A stretch of 64,000 nucleotides of DNA. Origin: Octopus sinensis (taxonomy: Eukaryota). The DNA lies in NCBI RefSeq assembly GCF_006345805.1, contig NC_042997.1:61070001-61134000 (forward strand), given 5' to 3'. Positions 1-12,482 of this stretch are shown piece after piece. The notes below the pieces were generated by a model, which saw only the letters and a list, made by a program, of their open reading frames with translations, did no database searches and had not been told where the DNA came from. Numbering within the stretch: position 1 is the stretch's first letter; every line of letters begins with the position of its first letter. Both the position numbers and the translations under genes were made by a program.

Positions 1-331
1 ATACATATCTATAGATATGTAAATGTAAACACACACACACACACACACACATATATGCATGCATATATACATATGTATATATGCATACATACACACATGT
101 ATATCACACATAAGTGTATGTGATGCACAAGCCACATACACATATACAGTGATGTCTCCATACATGGACATTATCTGTTCCAGTATCCTGTCTGTTAACT
201 AAATTGTTTGCTACATGAGTAAATGGATTAAATACAAAGGTAATCTGTTCTAAGCCACACACAGATTCCACATAAAGGAACCAAATAATGTTTTATTTGT
301 CCATCTATCAACATCAAATACATAAATATAT

Positions 332-533
332 GTGCTGAAAAGTTCCTGGCTTTCAAGGAAATCACGAAAGGCCTGGTTAGCAGCTCAACCTTTTGAGTTC
401 TTTTACATGGCTTAAGGAAAAATGAAGAACTACTGCAATCTGAGAAGGGAATATGTTGAATATAATCATAATTAACAGATCTTCCTATATCTTCTTTTAC
501 CCAAAGCCAGGAACTTTTCAGCACTTACTCGTA
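332..533. mobile_element. Mariner-type MITE / internally deleted mariner
   Basis: Inverted repeats gtgctgaaaagttcctggcttt (332) and aaagccaggaacttttcagcac (ends 524). The right end continues ...ctcgta, a mariner-like terminus with TA. Confidence 0.7.
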
Positions 534-1134
534 TATACTGTGTGTGTTGTGTGTGTGTGTGTGTGTGTGTGAGTGTGAGTGTGTGCGTGCATGTGTATGT
601 GTGTGTATGTGCACGTGCATGTAAGTGTGAGTTCTTTTCCCTTTGTCTTGCATCTGTTTATGCATAATGAAATACATACATGTATTCTAACAAACCATTT
701 TGAACACACTCCCCGAGACACTTATATGTATGTTTAGTTTACTTGTGGTTTGTTGTTCCAATTTTAGCCCATTTGCTGAATATAATTTCCTTCTAAAAAC
801 CTGTTTGCTATACAGTTTATTCATTTAGTATACCATTGTGTCATCTCCTCACAATTTGTTGTTCAAATTTTAGTTCATTAAGTGAATAGGTTCTCAGTCA
901 CTTATACATGTGCATAGTCAGCTCATGGTCCTTTGATCAAATTTCAGCTCATTATGTGAGTTTAATTTTCTTCAGAAAAACCAGGCATTACCCAATTTGT
1001 TCATTTAGCAAACTGTTTATATCTGGACATGGATACCCTGCTGTATGTATATACAGGGTAGCCCAAAAGTAGGTTTACAGTTATCACAGTGGCACTTTAA
1101 ATTTCTTTTAAAACATTTTATTACATTTAAAGGA

Positions 1135-1443
1135 ACATTCTAATGAAGTTGAACATCTTATCTAGTCACCACATTTCCTAGATCTCAATATTATTGAATA
1201 TTTACGGTGCATTGTAGAAAACAAGTAAGGATTCGATATCCTCCACCATCATCACTACAAGAACTGAAGACTGTTTTAGCTAAAGAATGGACAAAAATTC
1301 CTTTGGAAACAATTCAAACTTTGTACAAGTCCATACCTCATAGAATTCAAGCTGTAATTACTACCAAAGGCAGTCCTACTCTGTATTAACATAAATTTGT
1401 TAGAAATTTTAATGCGTTTCCATTATTTTATTCAACCCCTGTA
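1135..1443 (+). mobile_element. Tc1 transposon 3' fragment (transposase C-terminus plus right TIR)
   Basis: DLNIIEYL (from SPDLNPIE) followed by YPPPSSLQELKTVLAKEWTKIPLETIQTLYKSIPHRIQAVITTKGSPTLY*. The terminal gtttccattattttattcaacccctg-TA is the reverse complement of the TIR at 63365. Confidence 0.85.
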
Positions 1444-1628
1444 TACACACACACATATAATGTATACACATTTATATATAAGCAAGTGTGTGTGTATATA
1501 TATATATATACACACACACACATACACACATATATATAATGCATATACATTTGTATATAAGCAAGTGTGTGTATATATATATATGTAGGTGTATATGTTT
1601 ATATATATATATTTCCGTATATATATGT

Positions 1629-1972
1629 GAAGGCGCATGGCTCAGTGGTTAGAGCGTCGAGCTTACGATCGTGAGGTTCTGAGCTCGAATCCCGGTCCGG
1701 GCTGCGTGTTGTGTTCTTGAGCAAAGCACTTTATTTTCACGTTGCTCCAGTTCACTCAGCTGTAGAAATGAGTTGCGACGTCACTGGTGCCAAGCTGTAT
1801 CGACCTTTGTCTTATCCCTTGGATAACACTGGTGGCGTGGAGAGGGGAGGCTGGTATGCATGGGCGACTTCTGGTCTTCCATAAACAACCTTGCCCGGAC
1901 TTGTGTCTAGGAGGGTAACTTTCTAGGTGCAATCCCATGGTCATTCATGACCGAAGGGGGTCTTTACCCTTT
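1629..1972 (+). mobile_element. tRNA-derived SINE (V-domain-like core)
   Basis: A-box tggctcagtggttagagc and B-box-like gagctcgaatccc, then gtgttcttgagcaaagcacttt...cactcagctgtagaaatgagt core. CpG-rich, so probably young. Inserted in a (TA)n tract. Confidence 0.85.
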
Positions 1973-2081
1973 ATATTTCCGTAACCATATAGTGTAAATA
2001 TTAACAATATTAATAATAAGGATTACTACAAAGTTGCATAGCATTACCTTTACTACTTAAATTTATATACCGTCTTACATA

Positions 2082-2165
2082 GACCAACACATGTTTCAGT
2101 TGCAACAATTAGAAACTATTGCAATTGCAACCCTACTATAAAACTGGTGCAGTTTCTTCGGGGTC
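2082..2165 (-). ncRNA. Degenerate type I hammerhead ribozyme in a Penelope-like terminal-repeat fragment
   Basis: Minus strand reads gacc-CCGAAGA-(stem II)-GAAA-catgtg-tt-ggtc. Stem I gacc/ggtc pairs. Core U4 is changed to C. Confidence 0.5.
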
Positions 2166-2328
2166 TTTACTGGATATCTTTTGATTTAGCCATTTAAAGA
2201 TATGTATGTATATACAGTATATAAATATATATAGATATGTATATACAGTATGTATATATATTATATATCATGATTTATCACGAGCCACTAAACCTTTTTA
2301 TTTTCTCTATCTGCTTATTTCTATGTTC

Positions 2329-2364
2329 CTTTCTGTTGAAGAGCGTCAGCTCGAAACGTAAAAG
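2329..2364 (+). ncRNA. Minimal hammerhead-like motif (Penelope-type variant)
   Basis: cttt-CTGTTGA-a-gagc gtca gctc-GAAA-cg-ta-aaag. Stem I cttt/aaag, stem II gagc/gctc, 2-nt palindromic stem III. The adjacent 2369-2400 recurs inverted at about 2650-2682. Confidence 0.5.
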
Positions 2365-2618
2365 ACTTTTGTTTTGTTTGTTTTGTAAATTCCAACTATA
2401 TATATATATATATATATAAATAGATGAGTGTATTTTACCTTGTTAACAATTAACACGGATAAATGAATGAATAGTTACCAGGGCAGCAAAAATCTCACAA
2501 GTAAAGATTGCATTGTTTATACCTTTTATTCTTTTGAATAAGTATCAGTGGAATTTTTGAAACATATGTAGAAAGTAAAAATACTTGTTTAAACCTGCGT
2601 TAACTCCATTTTTTATTC

Positions 2619-2649
<31 letters not shown>

Positions 2650-2809
2650 TATAGTTGGAATTTACAAAACAAACAAAACAAAAGATGAAGACGGGTGTGT
2701 AAACAACAAACAGATGCATTAGTTTAACACTCGGAAAGTAAGAAAGTCTTTATATAATATATATATGTATATACAGTCTGTATATAAATATACATATATA
2801 CATATACTC

Positions 2810-3400
2810 TTCTTTTTGACTCCTTCATTTGTTTCAGTCATTTTGACTGTGGCCATGCTGGAGTACTGTCTTTTAGTCTAAAAAATCAACCCCTTGACTT
2901 TTTCTTTGTAAGCCTGCTACTTATTCTATCAGTCTCTTTTGCTGAACCACTAAGTTAGGGATCATGCACAGGTGCTATGTAGTTGAGAAGTTAGCTTCCC
3001 AGCCATGTGGTCTTGGGTTCAGTTCCACTGGGCTGCACTTAGGGCAAGAGTTTATTTTACAACAGCCCTGAGCCAACTAAAGTCTTGTCACTGGATTTAG
3101 TAAATGGGAATTGAAAGAAAGCAGTCGTGAGTGTGTGTGTGTATATATTATATACGTGTGAGTATGTGCGTGCGTGCATATGTATATTTGTTTGTGTGTA
3201 TGACATCACGTGATGTTTGCAAAGCGAGCACCATCGTAATACAAATTATGTTAATCGTTTCCAGTTTTCTGTGAAAAGCACATTCCCTTACTTGGGAAAC
3301 TGGTGAAGGTTGATGTGAGGAAGTTCATCCAGCCGTAGAAAATCTGCCTCAACGAATTCCGTCTGACCCATGCAAGCAAGGAAATTGGACGTCAAAACAA
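2810..3400. mobile_element. Two SINE pieces: minus-strand 3' tail (about 2810-2960) and plus-strand tRNA/CORE-like head with RTE-like tail (about 2965-3400)
   Basis: Matches the family repeated throughout the window (gggttcagttccactg...gggcaag...; tail gtttcagtcatt...ggccatgctggag; RTE-like catccagccgtagaaaatctgcc). Confidence 0.7.
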
Positions 3401-4146
3401 TGTTTTGCATGTGCACGCGACTGCACACACACACGCACATTAAATGCATTGTATTGTTTATATATGCATAATCATTATTTTAATATGCGTGCATATCTGT
3501 ATTTGATGCAACAATTTTCGTTTATGCTTTAGTTTTATTTATAGCAACAACATTTATAATTGCATATAAAAACAGTAAAATAGAACTATACACGTTGACA
3601 TATAAGAACATATTGTGAATTTACCGTTCATATCGACACACTGAAATATTTTGAATAGCCACGCGTGACAACTATTGTTATAATGTGTCACGTTGCGATC
3701 TATACACGCATATGCACACATATACATAACTGCACACATGCATACACACATATCTATATATATAAGCGTGTGTACATATATGTGTGTGTGTGTGTGTGTG
3801 TGTATAAACACGCGAATTGGCACGAGTATATTGACAGCAGGCGAGAAAGATCAAAGACAGTAAAAAAAGTCAATGAAAAAAAAAGTAAAACTTAGAAATT
3901 AAATAAAGAGTATTTAACAGTCAGGAATGAGATTTATAAAGAATATAAGGAAACTGAGATAAGCTGAGATGTAAAAGAAAAACGAATAATTGGTAACGGG
4001 AGAGGAGAAAGACAATTGAAAAATAAAAGGTAAAAACAAAACAAAAAAAAGAAATCGAAAGTAGGAAATATAATCAAAGAATGAGTAAAAGAGAAAAGAA
4101 AGGAAATATTCAACGAAATACTTTTCAACATTATTAATTAATTTAC

Positions 4147-4244
4147 CTGGTTTCGTCCTGATGTCCAGATTCTCCCCAAATTAAATCCCTGAAGCGATAT
4201 CGAGGAGGAAGAGGTGGTACTTGGAAATCCGCCTGAGATACCAT
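4147..4244 (-). CDS. KCNT2: First coding exon of a Slo2 / KCNT (Slick/Slack-A-like) sodium-activated potassium channel
   Basis: ATG at 4244 gives [32 protein letters not shown] plus AG, ending at a canonical donor CAG|GTAAAT (intron starts 4146, phase 2). [13 protein letters not shown] matches the N-terminus of vertebrate KCNT2 as I recall it ([24 protein letters not shown]). I found no further exon in 1-4146. Confidence 0.9.
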
Positions 4245-5030
4245 TCTGGTTTCTCGTGTTTTCTAAACAACGGCCTTTTTTGTGTTTTTCTACCTTGATT
4301 GGGTTTGATATTTTGATATATATTTTTTGTAATTATTCTTAAAAGATGACAATAACTTATGAATATAGGAAGATCGCGGGGAGAAAAAATATATAAAAAT
4401 AGAAATAAATTAAGTTAAAGAACCTTATTTGATTTTGGTTATTCTTTCCTTGACTTATTTGGAAATACAACCTTTCTTTATCAAGTGAAACCATAATTAT
4501 AAACGCAGTACACACTTGTTTTGATCACCATCTTCATCACTGACATACCTCTCCTTCTGGGGTTAGGGGATTCTTTTCTTTTTTTTTTTAATCCTTAATA
4601 AAAATGATTTGCAAATTATTTAATATACTCCTCTTCTGCTGAAGAAGAAGAAAAAAAACATATATATAATATATGTTTCAATCAATGAAAGTAGTTTATA
4701 ATGCAATTTTAGTTTGAAATATTTAAGCAAGAGTGGGGAAGAAGAAAAAAAAACCAGAAATAATAACAGTAACTAAAAGGTGTTGATATCTATATTAATC
4801 GTAAAACCACTGGGTTGGTTGTTGCGCTGTTCGTGTGATATATCTAATGCGGTAATGTCAATTTGTGAAAAGCCGACTGCAGACGACTTTCTCGCCCGAC
4901 AAATAGTAGCCTCGTCTTCACTGCCACGCGTGTAGCAGCTGTAGCATGACAGCAATATAGTTTTTGGCTTTACATAACTACCGTTGCTTATAATTGACAT
5001 AAACTATGGAAGCCTTATATCACAAACACT
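4245..5030 (-). promoter_or_regulatory. Probable 5' UTR and proximal promoter of the KCNT gene
   Basis: Repeat-free sequence directly upstream of the ATG, with a CpG-containing block at about 4800-4985. The TSS cannot be determined from sequence. Confidence 0.4.
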
Positions 5031-5070
5031 CTAACATACAACTTGTATTCTGTTATTGTGGTTGTTGTTG

Positions 5071-5104
<34 letters not shown>

Positions 5105-5149
5105 TACTACTACTACTACTACTACTTAGCTATAAAGTCATAAGGTCTG

Positions 5150-6240
5150 AGTAGACGTATGCTCGAAGGCGTTCCAACCATGACAACCCTATTGTTTTGT
5201 ATATCAAGGACCACATCTTCCAAAGTTGACTTGTATCACAAACACTTTTACATACAACTCGTGTATTGTAGTTGCTGTCGCTGTTGTTACATTATTTAGC
5301 TGTGTGAGCAGACCTTATGATGGAAGGCGTTCCAGCTATGACATTCCATGTTTCTTCGGGTTTTTTGTTTTTTTTTTTTTTTTTTTTTTGCAAATCAAGG
5401 ACACATCGTCCGAGGTATCCTTCATTTCGTTATCACAGTAAAGGTGTGTGTGTGTGTGTGCATGGCTTGAGGGAGATCTAGCTGCTATATCTAGCAGGTC
5501 AGCAACCGCGTAAAGGTTCCTAGTACTCCAGTCATGCCCATCCCGCCTTTTAATATATCAAGAACCACATCGTCCACAGTATTTTTCATTTCGTTACGCT
5601 GGCAAAGGTGCGTGGTTTGAGATAGATCTAACTGCTATATCTTGCAGGTCGCGCATCCGCCGAAACGCCCCTACTGTTCAAGCCATAACTATCCCCAATT
5701 TTTGTATATCAAGGACCACATCGTCTTAAGTATCCTTCATTTCGTTAAGATAGTAAAGGTGTGTGTGTCTTGAGAGAGGTCTAACCGCTATACCTAGCAG
5801 GTCGCACAACCGCGTTCCAGCCATGACTATCCCCCTTTCTTGTTTATCAAGGACCACAATGTCTAATGTATCCTTCATTTTGTTAAGATAGTAAAAGTGT
5901 GTGGTTTGAAACTGATCTTCTTTCTATTTCTAGCAAGTCGTGCAACCACGTAGAGACTCCCACCATTCCGGCCATGATGACCCCCCCCCCACACACACAC
6001 ACATTTTTATATCAAGGACCACATCGTTTAATGCATCTTTCGTTTTCCTAAGATGGTAAAGTGTGGTTTGATGGAGATTTAACTGCTATTTCTAGCAAGT
6101 CGCTCAACCGCATTCCAGCCATAACTGTCCCATCAGAATTTCGTTTCTGTTACGATGATTAAGGTATGGTTTGACAGAGATTTACTTGCTATTTCTAGCA
6201 TGATGTGCAACCAGGTAGAAGCTCCTACCGATTCTGCTAA
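5150..6240 (-). repeat. Tandem array of about 6-7 degenerate 140-190-bp units derived from an old SINE-like repeat
   Basis: Anchor atcaag(g/a)ac(c)acat at 5203, 5394, 5557, 5708, 5846, 6011. The unit includes gatctaactgctat(a/t)tctagcaggtc, which occurs singly elsewhere (e.g. about 7875 and 35635). Confidence 0.8.
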
Positions 6241-6585
6241 TCAATCACCTTTCGTGCTGTCATGTCCATTCAATACACTAACAAATAAAAAATAAAAAAA
6301 TTTCCAACGCTTCCCATTTATTATATCTGGCAATGAAACAGATCAGAATTAAAACGAATGGTAATGCTGATGATGATATAAACTGTACAGAGGTGATTGC
6401 CATGGTAGAGGAGTGCTGCACTCGATTGAATGAACAGTTAGGGTTTATTCTAGTCACAATACAATACATAAATGATAACTATTCAGCTGCCGTTTAGTAC
6501 GGACATAAACTTAACATTTGTTATTTTTATGAAGTACCAGCAAGCCAAATTACCTGTGCATTCAGCAACTTTTTCTAGCATGCTC

Positions 6586-6624
<39 letters not shown>

Positions 6625-6786
6625 AGAGAGAGAGAGATAAGGAAATAAAGAGAGAGAGAGAGAGATAAGGAAATAAAGAGAGAGAGAGAGATTTCATTTC
6701 TATCTCTTCATTCCAGTGAGATATTAACTTTCATGTAGAACAGTTTTACAGGCACGCACGCGCACACGCTGGAAATATTATTCAAG

Positions 6787-6965
6787 AAGCGCAGCTTCGT
6801 GTTAAGAAGTTAGGCTCCCAACCACATGGTTCTGGGTTCAGTACCACTACGGGACATCTTGAGGAAATGTCTTCTATTCTATGGCCTGGGGCCGACCAAA
6901 GCCTTGGGAGTGGATTTTGTAAAGAAGACGGAAACTGGAAGAAGTTCATCCTGTGTGTGTATGTA

Positions 6966-7017
<52 letters not shown>

Positions 7018-7275
7018 CTGTGTGTGTGTGTGTGTATATACACAAACATACAAAGTTAAGTGTGTGTGCGCGCCTTTGTGTTTGTTCACCACCACTTGAC
7101 AACCGGTATTAGTTCGTTTACATCCATGTAGCTTAGTTCGCCCCCCCCCCCAAAAAAAAAAGAAGTACCTGGCTTTAAAAAATAAATAATGGGGAAGATT
7201 CGTTCAACAAAAACTCTTCAGTAAAGTGCCCTAGAATGTCCGCAATCCAATTGCTGAAACAAGTAAAAGGTAAAA
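6787..7275 (+). mobile_element. Full-length tRNA/CORE-like SINE with internal (TA/TG)n tract
   Basis: Head taagaagttaggctcccaaccacatggttctgggttcagt and tail ...ctgaaacaagtaaaag. Other copies at about 9355-9660(-), 18785-18940(-), 21225-21390(+), 37785-37940(-), 42195-42350(-), 47760-47910(+), 49905-50045(-), 56390-56550(-), 57840-58210(-). Confidence 0.8.
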
Positions 7276-7528
7276 AGAAAAAAGAGATTATGTAAAGACA
7301 TGTGCCTGTACTTTCTATTTATTATTACTTTACCCCTGTAGGATGCTACTAGAAATATATTATGGGAGAGTGGAGCAAGCGGCGATAAGGAATGGTTATT
7401 TATAAAGAACTTTTCTGTTGATCTGACACACATTGAATTGTGTTACGTAGAAAATAAATGAATTTCTTTTTTATTTGAGAACAGAAAACAATTGTTTCAT
7501 ATGAACATATATACTACTGTTGATTGAT

Positions 7529-7735
7529 GAGGCGGCAAGCTGGTAGAATCGTTATCACGCCAGATAAATTGCCATTTCTTTCGGATTTTTAGGTTTTGAA
7601 TTCAAATGCTGCTGAGATCGACTTTGTCTTTCATCCTTTCAGGGTCGATAAAAAGAATACCAGTTGAGCACTAGGGTCGATGTAATCGACTTCCTCCAAC
7701 TCCGCTCAACATTGATGGCCTTGTGCCAAAATGAT
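7529..7735 (+). mobile_element. SINE with Meta-domain-like core
   Basis: ttcatcctttcagggtcgataaaaagaataccagttg core after a tRNA-like head. Other copies at about 16637-16752(-), 33905-34030(-), 45945-46160(-), 50205-50420(+). Confidence 0.7.
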
Positions 7736-10700
7736 AAAGAATTACTGTTCATGTTTAACTTCAGGTTAATTTTGAACAAACATGACAAAAGCCATTCCTG
7801 TCTGTTTGAGATTCTGTAGGAATTCATTATTTAATGTGATTCTTCCTTTATTTAAGACAGTAGTGTGTGACGAGGGAGATTTGGCGCTGCTACTACTAGC
7901 AGGTCAAGCAACTATGTAGAGGTGACCTCATATTTGGTAAAATAAGAAGTAAAGTCGGTCTTAACAGGGTACTTAACCAGTTACTATCACTGGCAAATCG
8001 CCAAAGACTTAGATATATACATTTCTGACACACTCCGATCAACTAAATCTTGTTAAGAGAGCGAACAAAATAACTGATCGATCTGCTAGAAGTGGCAGGC
8101 AAATCCATTTCAAACAACACCCTACAATCTTAAAGTATGATGGCTACATTGGATAGTTTTAGGTATACTTTGCCTGATTCAACAGACGTTTTAGCCATGG
8201 ATGAAACACTTTTGATCATAGGTCTGCATGAATAGGGCTAACTTGAAGCTAGACCACAATAGCAACGCAAAACTTCCAAACCTTTCCTATTTGTAGCTGA
8301 AAATAAAATAAAATAAAATAAAACAGGATTTTTTTCCGCCATAATTCAGAATGAGGTGGCGACCATTTCAACTAATTGAACACTTTATCGAAATATTGTA
8401 AAACAGTTGTTTACAAAGTTGATTAAATCTCTCTCTCCCCCTCTACTGTGCTAACTAGACAGATAATGGTTCGGGGTCATCTAATCGCACAGAAGCGCAA
8501 TCCGAAACATTTCATGCACACACACACGCACGCACGCGCGCGCACGCACACACACACACACACGCACACCTAATAAACATTGTAGTAGCTCTGTCATGTA
8601 ATGAAATTACTGAAATTTTCAAAAGCAGCCGTGTAGCCACAGGGAATCTCTAACATGCATCTCTAAATGATTAAAATTGGATTTTAAATAAATTGTGAAA
8701 TTAAGTGTTACTGTTTCTAATTTGGTAAACTGGTTATATTTTGTTTTTCTTCCAATTCACAAAACTGTTCCTTTTAATGATGCGAAACAGAATACTTTGA
8801 TTAGGTTTATGGAGGCAATGAGGTTAGGAGAAAAAAACCACCGACGTAATATAATTTTTCTTTTTTATTCTCGTAATATTTTCTTTGAAACAGAATTTTA
8901 TAAGAATGGAAAAGATGATGTCTTACAGCATTCATGACTTTCACTACCATACAGTATCCAATCTGAGGATCAAACTTGAGTCGCTATGGTCACTGAGGTG
9001 TTATTCCTATGTGATAAGGCTAAAAATTAAGGTCTAACTGAGGACAATTAATTTATTGATGGTTCTTATTTTAAGGCAAAATAATCTCGAACATGTTTTA
9101 GATGTAGGGAAAGAGTGAAAATTTATAAACACACCATTTATGTCTCTGAGATCTAGAAATGCCAGCAAAAAAAATCTCCCTCAAAAATAACAAATTGAAT
9201 AACGTAGTTATAAACAAAACAGGTATGAATGCTCTTGATCATATGAATATTTAATCAGAGCTGACCCGGTGTTCGACAGCCACAAACAACAGGTAATCAA
9301 TCGTTTTCCCCATTCTCATAAATATGAGAATTATGTCCATCTTTTATCTTTTTCTCTCATTAGACTGTGTCCTCGATGGGGCATCGCCTTACAAGAATTT
9401 TAGTCTAACGAAATGACTCCACTACTTATTTTTTTAAACCCTTCTATTTATTCTAACAATCTCTTGCTGAATCATTAACTCACGAGGACTTAAACAGCAA
9501 ATAAAGGTTGTCGAGTAGTAGGGAGGAGGACAAACACATGTACGGAGACATATATATGTATACGACGGGCTTCTTTCACTTTCTGCCTACCAAATCCATT
9601 CACAAAGTTTTGGTTGATCTGAGGTTAAATAGTGTTAGACAGTGTAGTTGCCACACAGCCAATATATTAATTCTTCCACCGCCTATTTCCTAAGTGTTTT
9701 CTTTCTTTAAACAAATTTTAATCTTTATAGCTTCTCAAAAAGTTAAAGCGATCATACCATAAAACTAGCGCAGAGGTTGTAACATAACCCTTTGCCTATC
9801 CGAAACATTTTTCTACGTTTGTCCTAAACGTCTATGTTTGTTTTCAGGCTTTCAGCTAGCCCCTATTTCATAGGTTCTGAGTAATAAAGCTTTCTTTTTA
9901 TAAGTCCTAAGTTATTCTGGAATTTGAAAAAAAAAATGAGAATACCTATCATATATGATGCCTGCATAGCAGAGAACTATATCCTATTACATGTGATACA
10001 GAGGACAGGCTACGAATAACTTCTTGATCTGATTATAATCACGGCGATTCATTTCCGTAGCTAATATTTTTTTTAAAAGGGTAAGAACGAACGTCATAAC
10101 TTCTCATTTACACTCCTCTAAAAGAAAGTTCTTTTGTGCTTATGTAACAAAACCATTAATGAGCAGAGATACGTGCTCACATCCAACTGCACACACCTTC
10201 AAACTTCATAGCTAACAATAAATTCTCACATTTATATTTTTGTTACAACTGCTTTGAACAAGGTTAACTTATTTGTCATGCATTCAAGTAGTTACCAGAT
10301 ATTCTGCTGTACACTCCCCCAGATCATTGAGAGGAGGAATTCTGGCATTTAAGAAAGCAAGTATCTTCTGGATTTGTGCCAACAAGATGGACACGTGTTT
10401 TTTTTCTTACAAGATCTCTCTCTATATATATTATTAGAGTGTACTAAAACTGTAACATTCGAGAGAAAAAAAACATTATAAGTCGATTACATAATTAATG
10501 TATTGCATAATATACTGATAGCATGCAAATTTATTTTTGAGTCACGAAGACTTAGAAGGGAGTGTCAAGAATTTTATTTTTTAAAGCCTCAAGAACAATC
10601 ATGCGTGGCATTTTTTCTCTGAAATATATAACCAAGTGATATTTAGGATTCTACGTGTTGTGGTTACCTTCAGATACGAGCAAAAATAACCTTGGATTAA

Positions 10701-11980
10701 GTAACGAGTCACCAATAATAAACAAGAACATGTGGTACAATATAAAATAATATAACTACAAACTACAAACAAGATATGAGGAAATAAAAACGATTCATGT
10801 GAAATTTCTGTAACTCCTCTCCCGACCCCTCGAAAAATTTATTTCAGAAAATATTCTGATATAATCGTAATCTAATCCATATAAAGCATATTTGTAGAAA
10901 GTATTTAAAAAAATAGCCATTTTTCTGAAAGTTATGAGGGAACAAAGTCGAGGGCACACGTGTGAAGGTATGCCAATAACAATGAGGCTACTTCTATGGA
11001 AAATAGATTTTCGACTTTCAAGAAATTCTGATTTGATAATCATTCATACCAGACGCAGAGAGTTACCATTTAATTGTGATGATTGCTTTCCCAGAATAAT
11101 ACTTCTATCCCTTTAGTTATTAAGTGTTCCCTAACTGCTATTCACTTTAATCAAGTCACAGGCAACCTATGATCCGTGGGACTTTCTGAAAGGCAGGCCT
11201 AAAGAAAAATTACCTTAAATTTTTTAGTAGTGCGGCCCGCCTGACTATGAGTCCTTTCTCTCATGCGGCCCGCTTCTTGAAAAATGATTTGTAGCTGTTC
11301 TCTGGGTAACAATGACCGTAACAAGATCTTACCAAAATTTGAATTTTCAATTGAAATAAAGAAAAAGATATATAAGACAACAATGCCACTTGAATTTTGT
11401 AACTTTTGCAAGTGCAGAAAAGTTTACTTGAAACTTTTTTTTGTATGTATGTGTGAGTCTATGACATTTTATCATATTCAGTCCTTCAGCTACTTTTCTC
11501 TTGACGATAAATAAGCTTTCTTAGCTTGTATATAAGATTCGGTTAAAAAATATAGGGAAAACACAAGAAAATGCTGAAGGTTAAAATATAGCGTAAACTT
11601 TATATTCAGATCAATAAACTTTTTACAAAAGGTATAATAAATTGTGGTGGTCTATAAAAGAGAAATGGCTAAATTTAATTATCTAACTTGGCTTTTTAGC
11701 TTCTCGTACTTTTCAAGCTGAGACGTTCAATATTAGATTTCGGTTTTATAAGCAGCTAAAGCAATCTTTTCTTTGATTTTGAAAATTAATTATTTGTGAC
11801 AAGTATTACCAACGGCTAGCCTTTTGTATGGATTTAGAGTTCTTTGTAGATTCTTACGGAAGCCAACGAGCGAACTAATACGTGGGAGTTCGACCTGCAA
11901 GATACAGCAGGCAAATTTCCTTCAAATTATTGGGATGGGGCAAAATGGGTGAGAGGGGTAAAATGAGTATTCTTTTTAGT

Positions 11981-12482
11981 TATTGTAAGTCCTCGAGTAT
12001 AATATGCATTTTCCCCAAAAATTTAATGGTTAAAATCCCTAGGGCGTACTATATACGAGGTTAAAAATGAAAATGATTTTCTAAACAGTGTCCGAGTCTA
12101 TTTGTTTTCCAGCAGTTTATTCAGACGCATTTTGTGATGTCGGGCGAGAAAATACCTTAAGCTAAACCTGAAAGCAATGAAGTCATAAAAGAATCATCCA
12201 TAACTTGCAGTAAGCAACATTTATTAAACGTTATTACTGTTATTTCTTTATTTTCTGCAAACGAAATATACAAAAAAGCTACACGTTTGCATTATGTTAA
12301 TAATAATAATAAAGGACGTTACCGTATACATTTTTACAAACCAAGGACGTTATATAGATCTCCTTGACTCAAGTTAGAGAAGGGGTGCGTATTATACACA
12401 AGGTTTAGGTTTTTCAGAGAGTCCCCTAAAAATCCCCTGCGTATTATACTCAAGGGCGGACTATACTCGAGGATTTACGGTA
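11981..12482. mobile_element. pogo/Tc2-type MITE
   Basis: Imperfect TIRs TA-ttgtaagtcctcgagtata and tatactcgaggatttacgg-TA, with subterminal gcgtattatac repeats and no ORF. Confidence 0.75.

Noticed and set aside
1629-1705. tRNA-like cloverleaf heads (also 18579, 39821, 62809)
   Set aside because: They run directly into SINE bodies, so they are not stand-alone tRNA genes.
5150-6240. CRISPR-like regular repeat
   Set aside because: Eukaryotic context, whole units are homologous with no unique spacers, and there are no cas genes.
6333-6497. 54-codon plus-strand ORF MKQIRIKTNGNADDDINC...
   Set aside because: No recognisable motif or splice support, and the length is compatible with chance.
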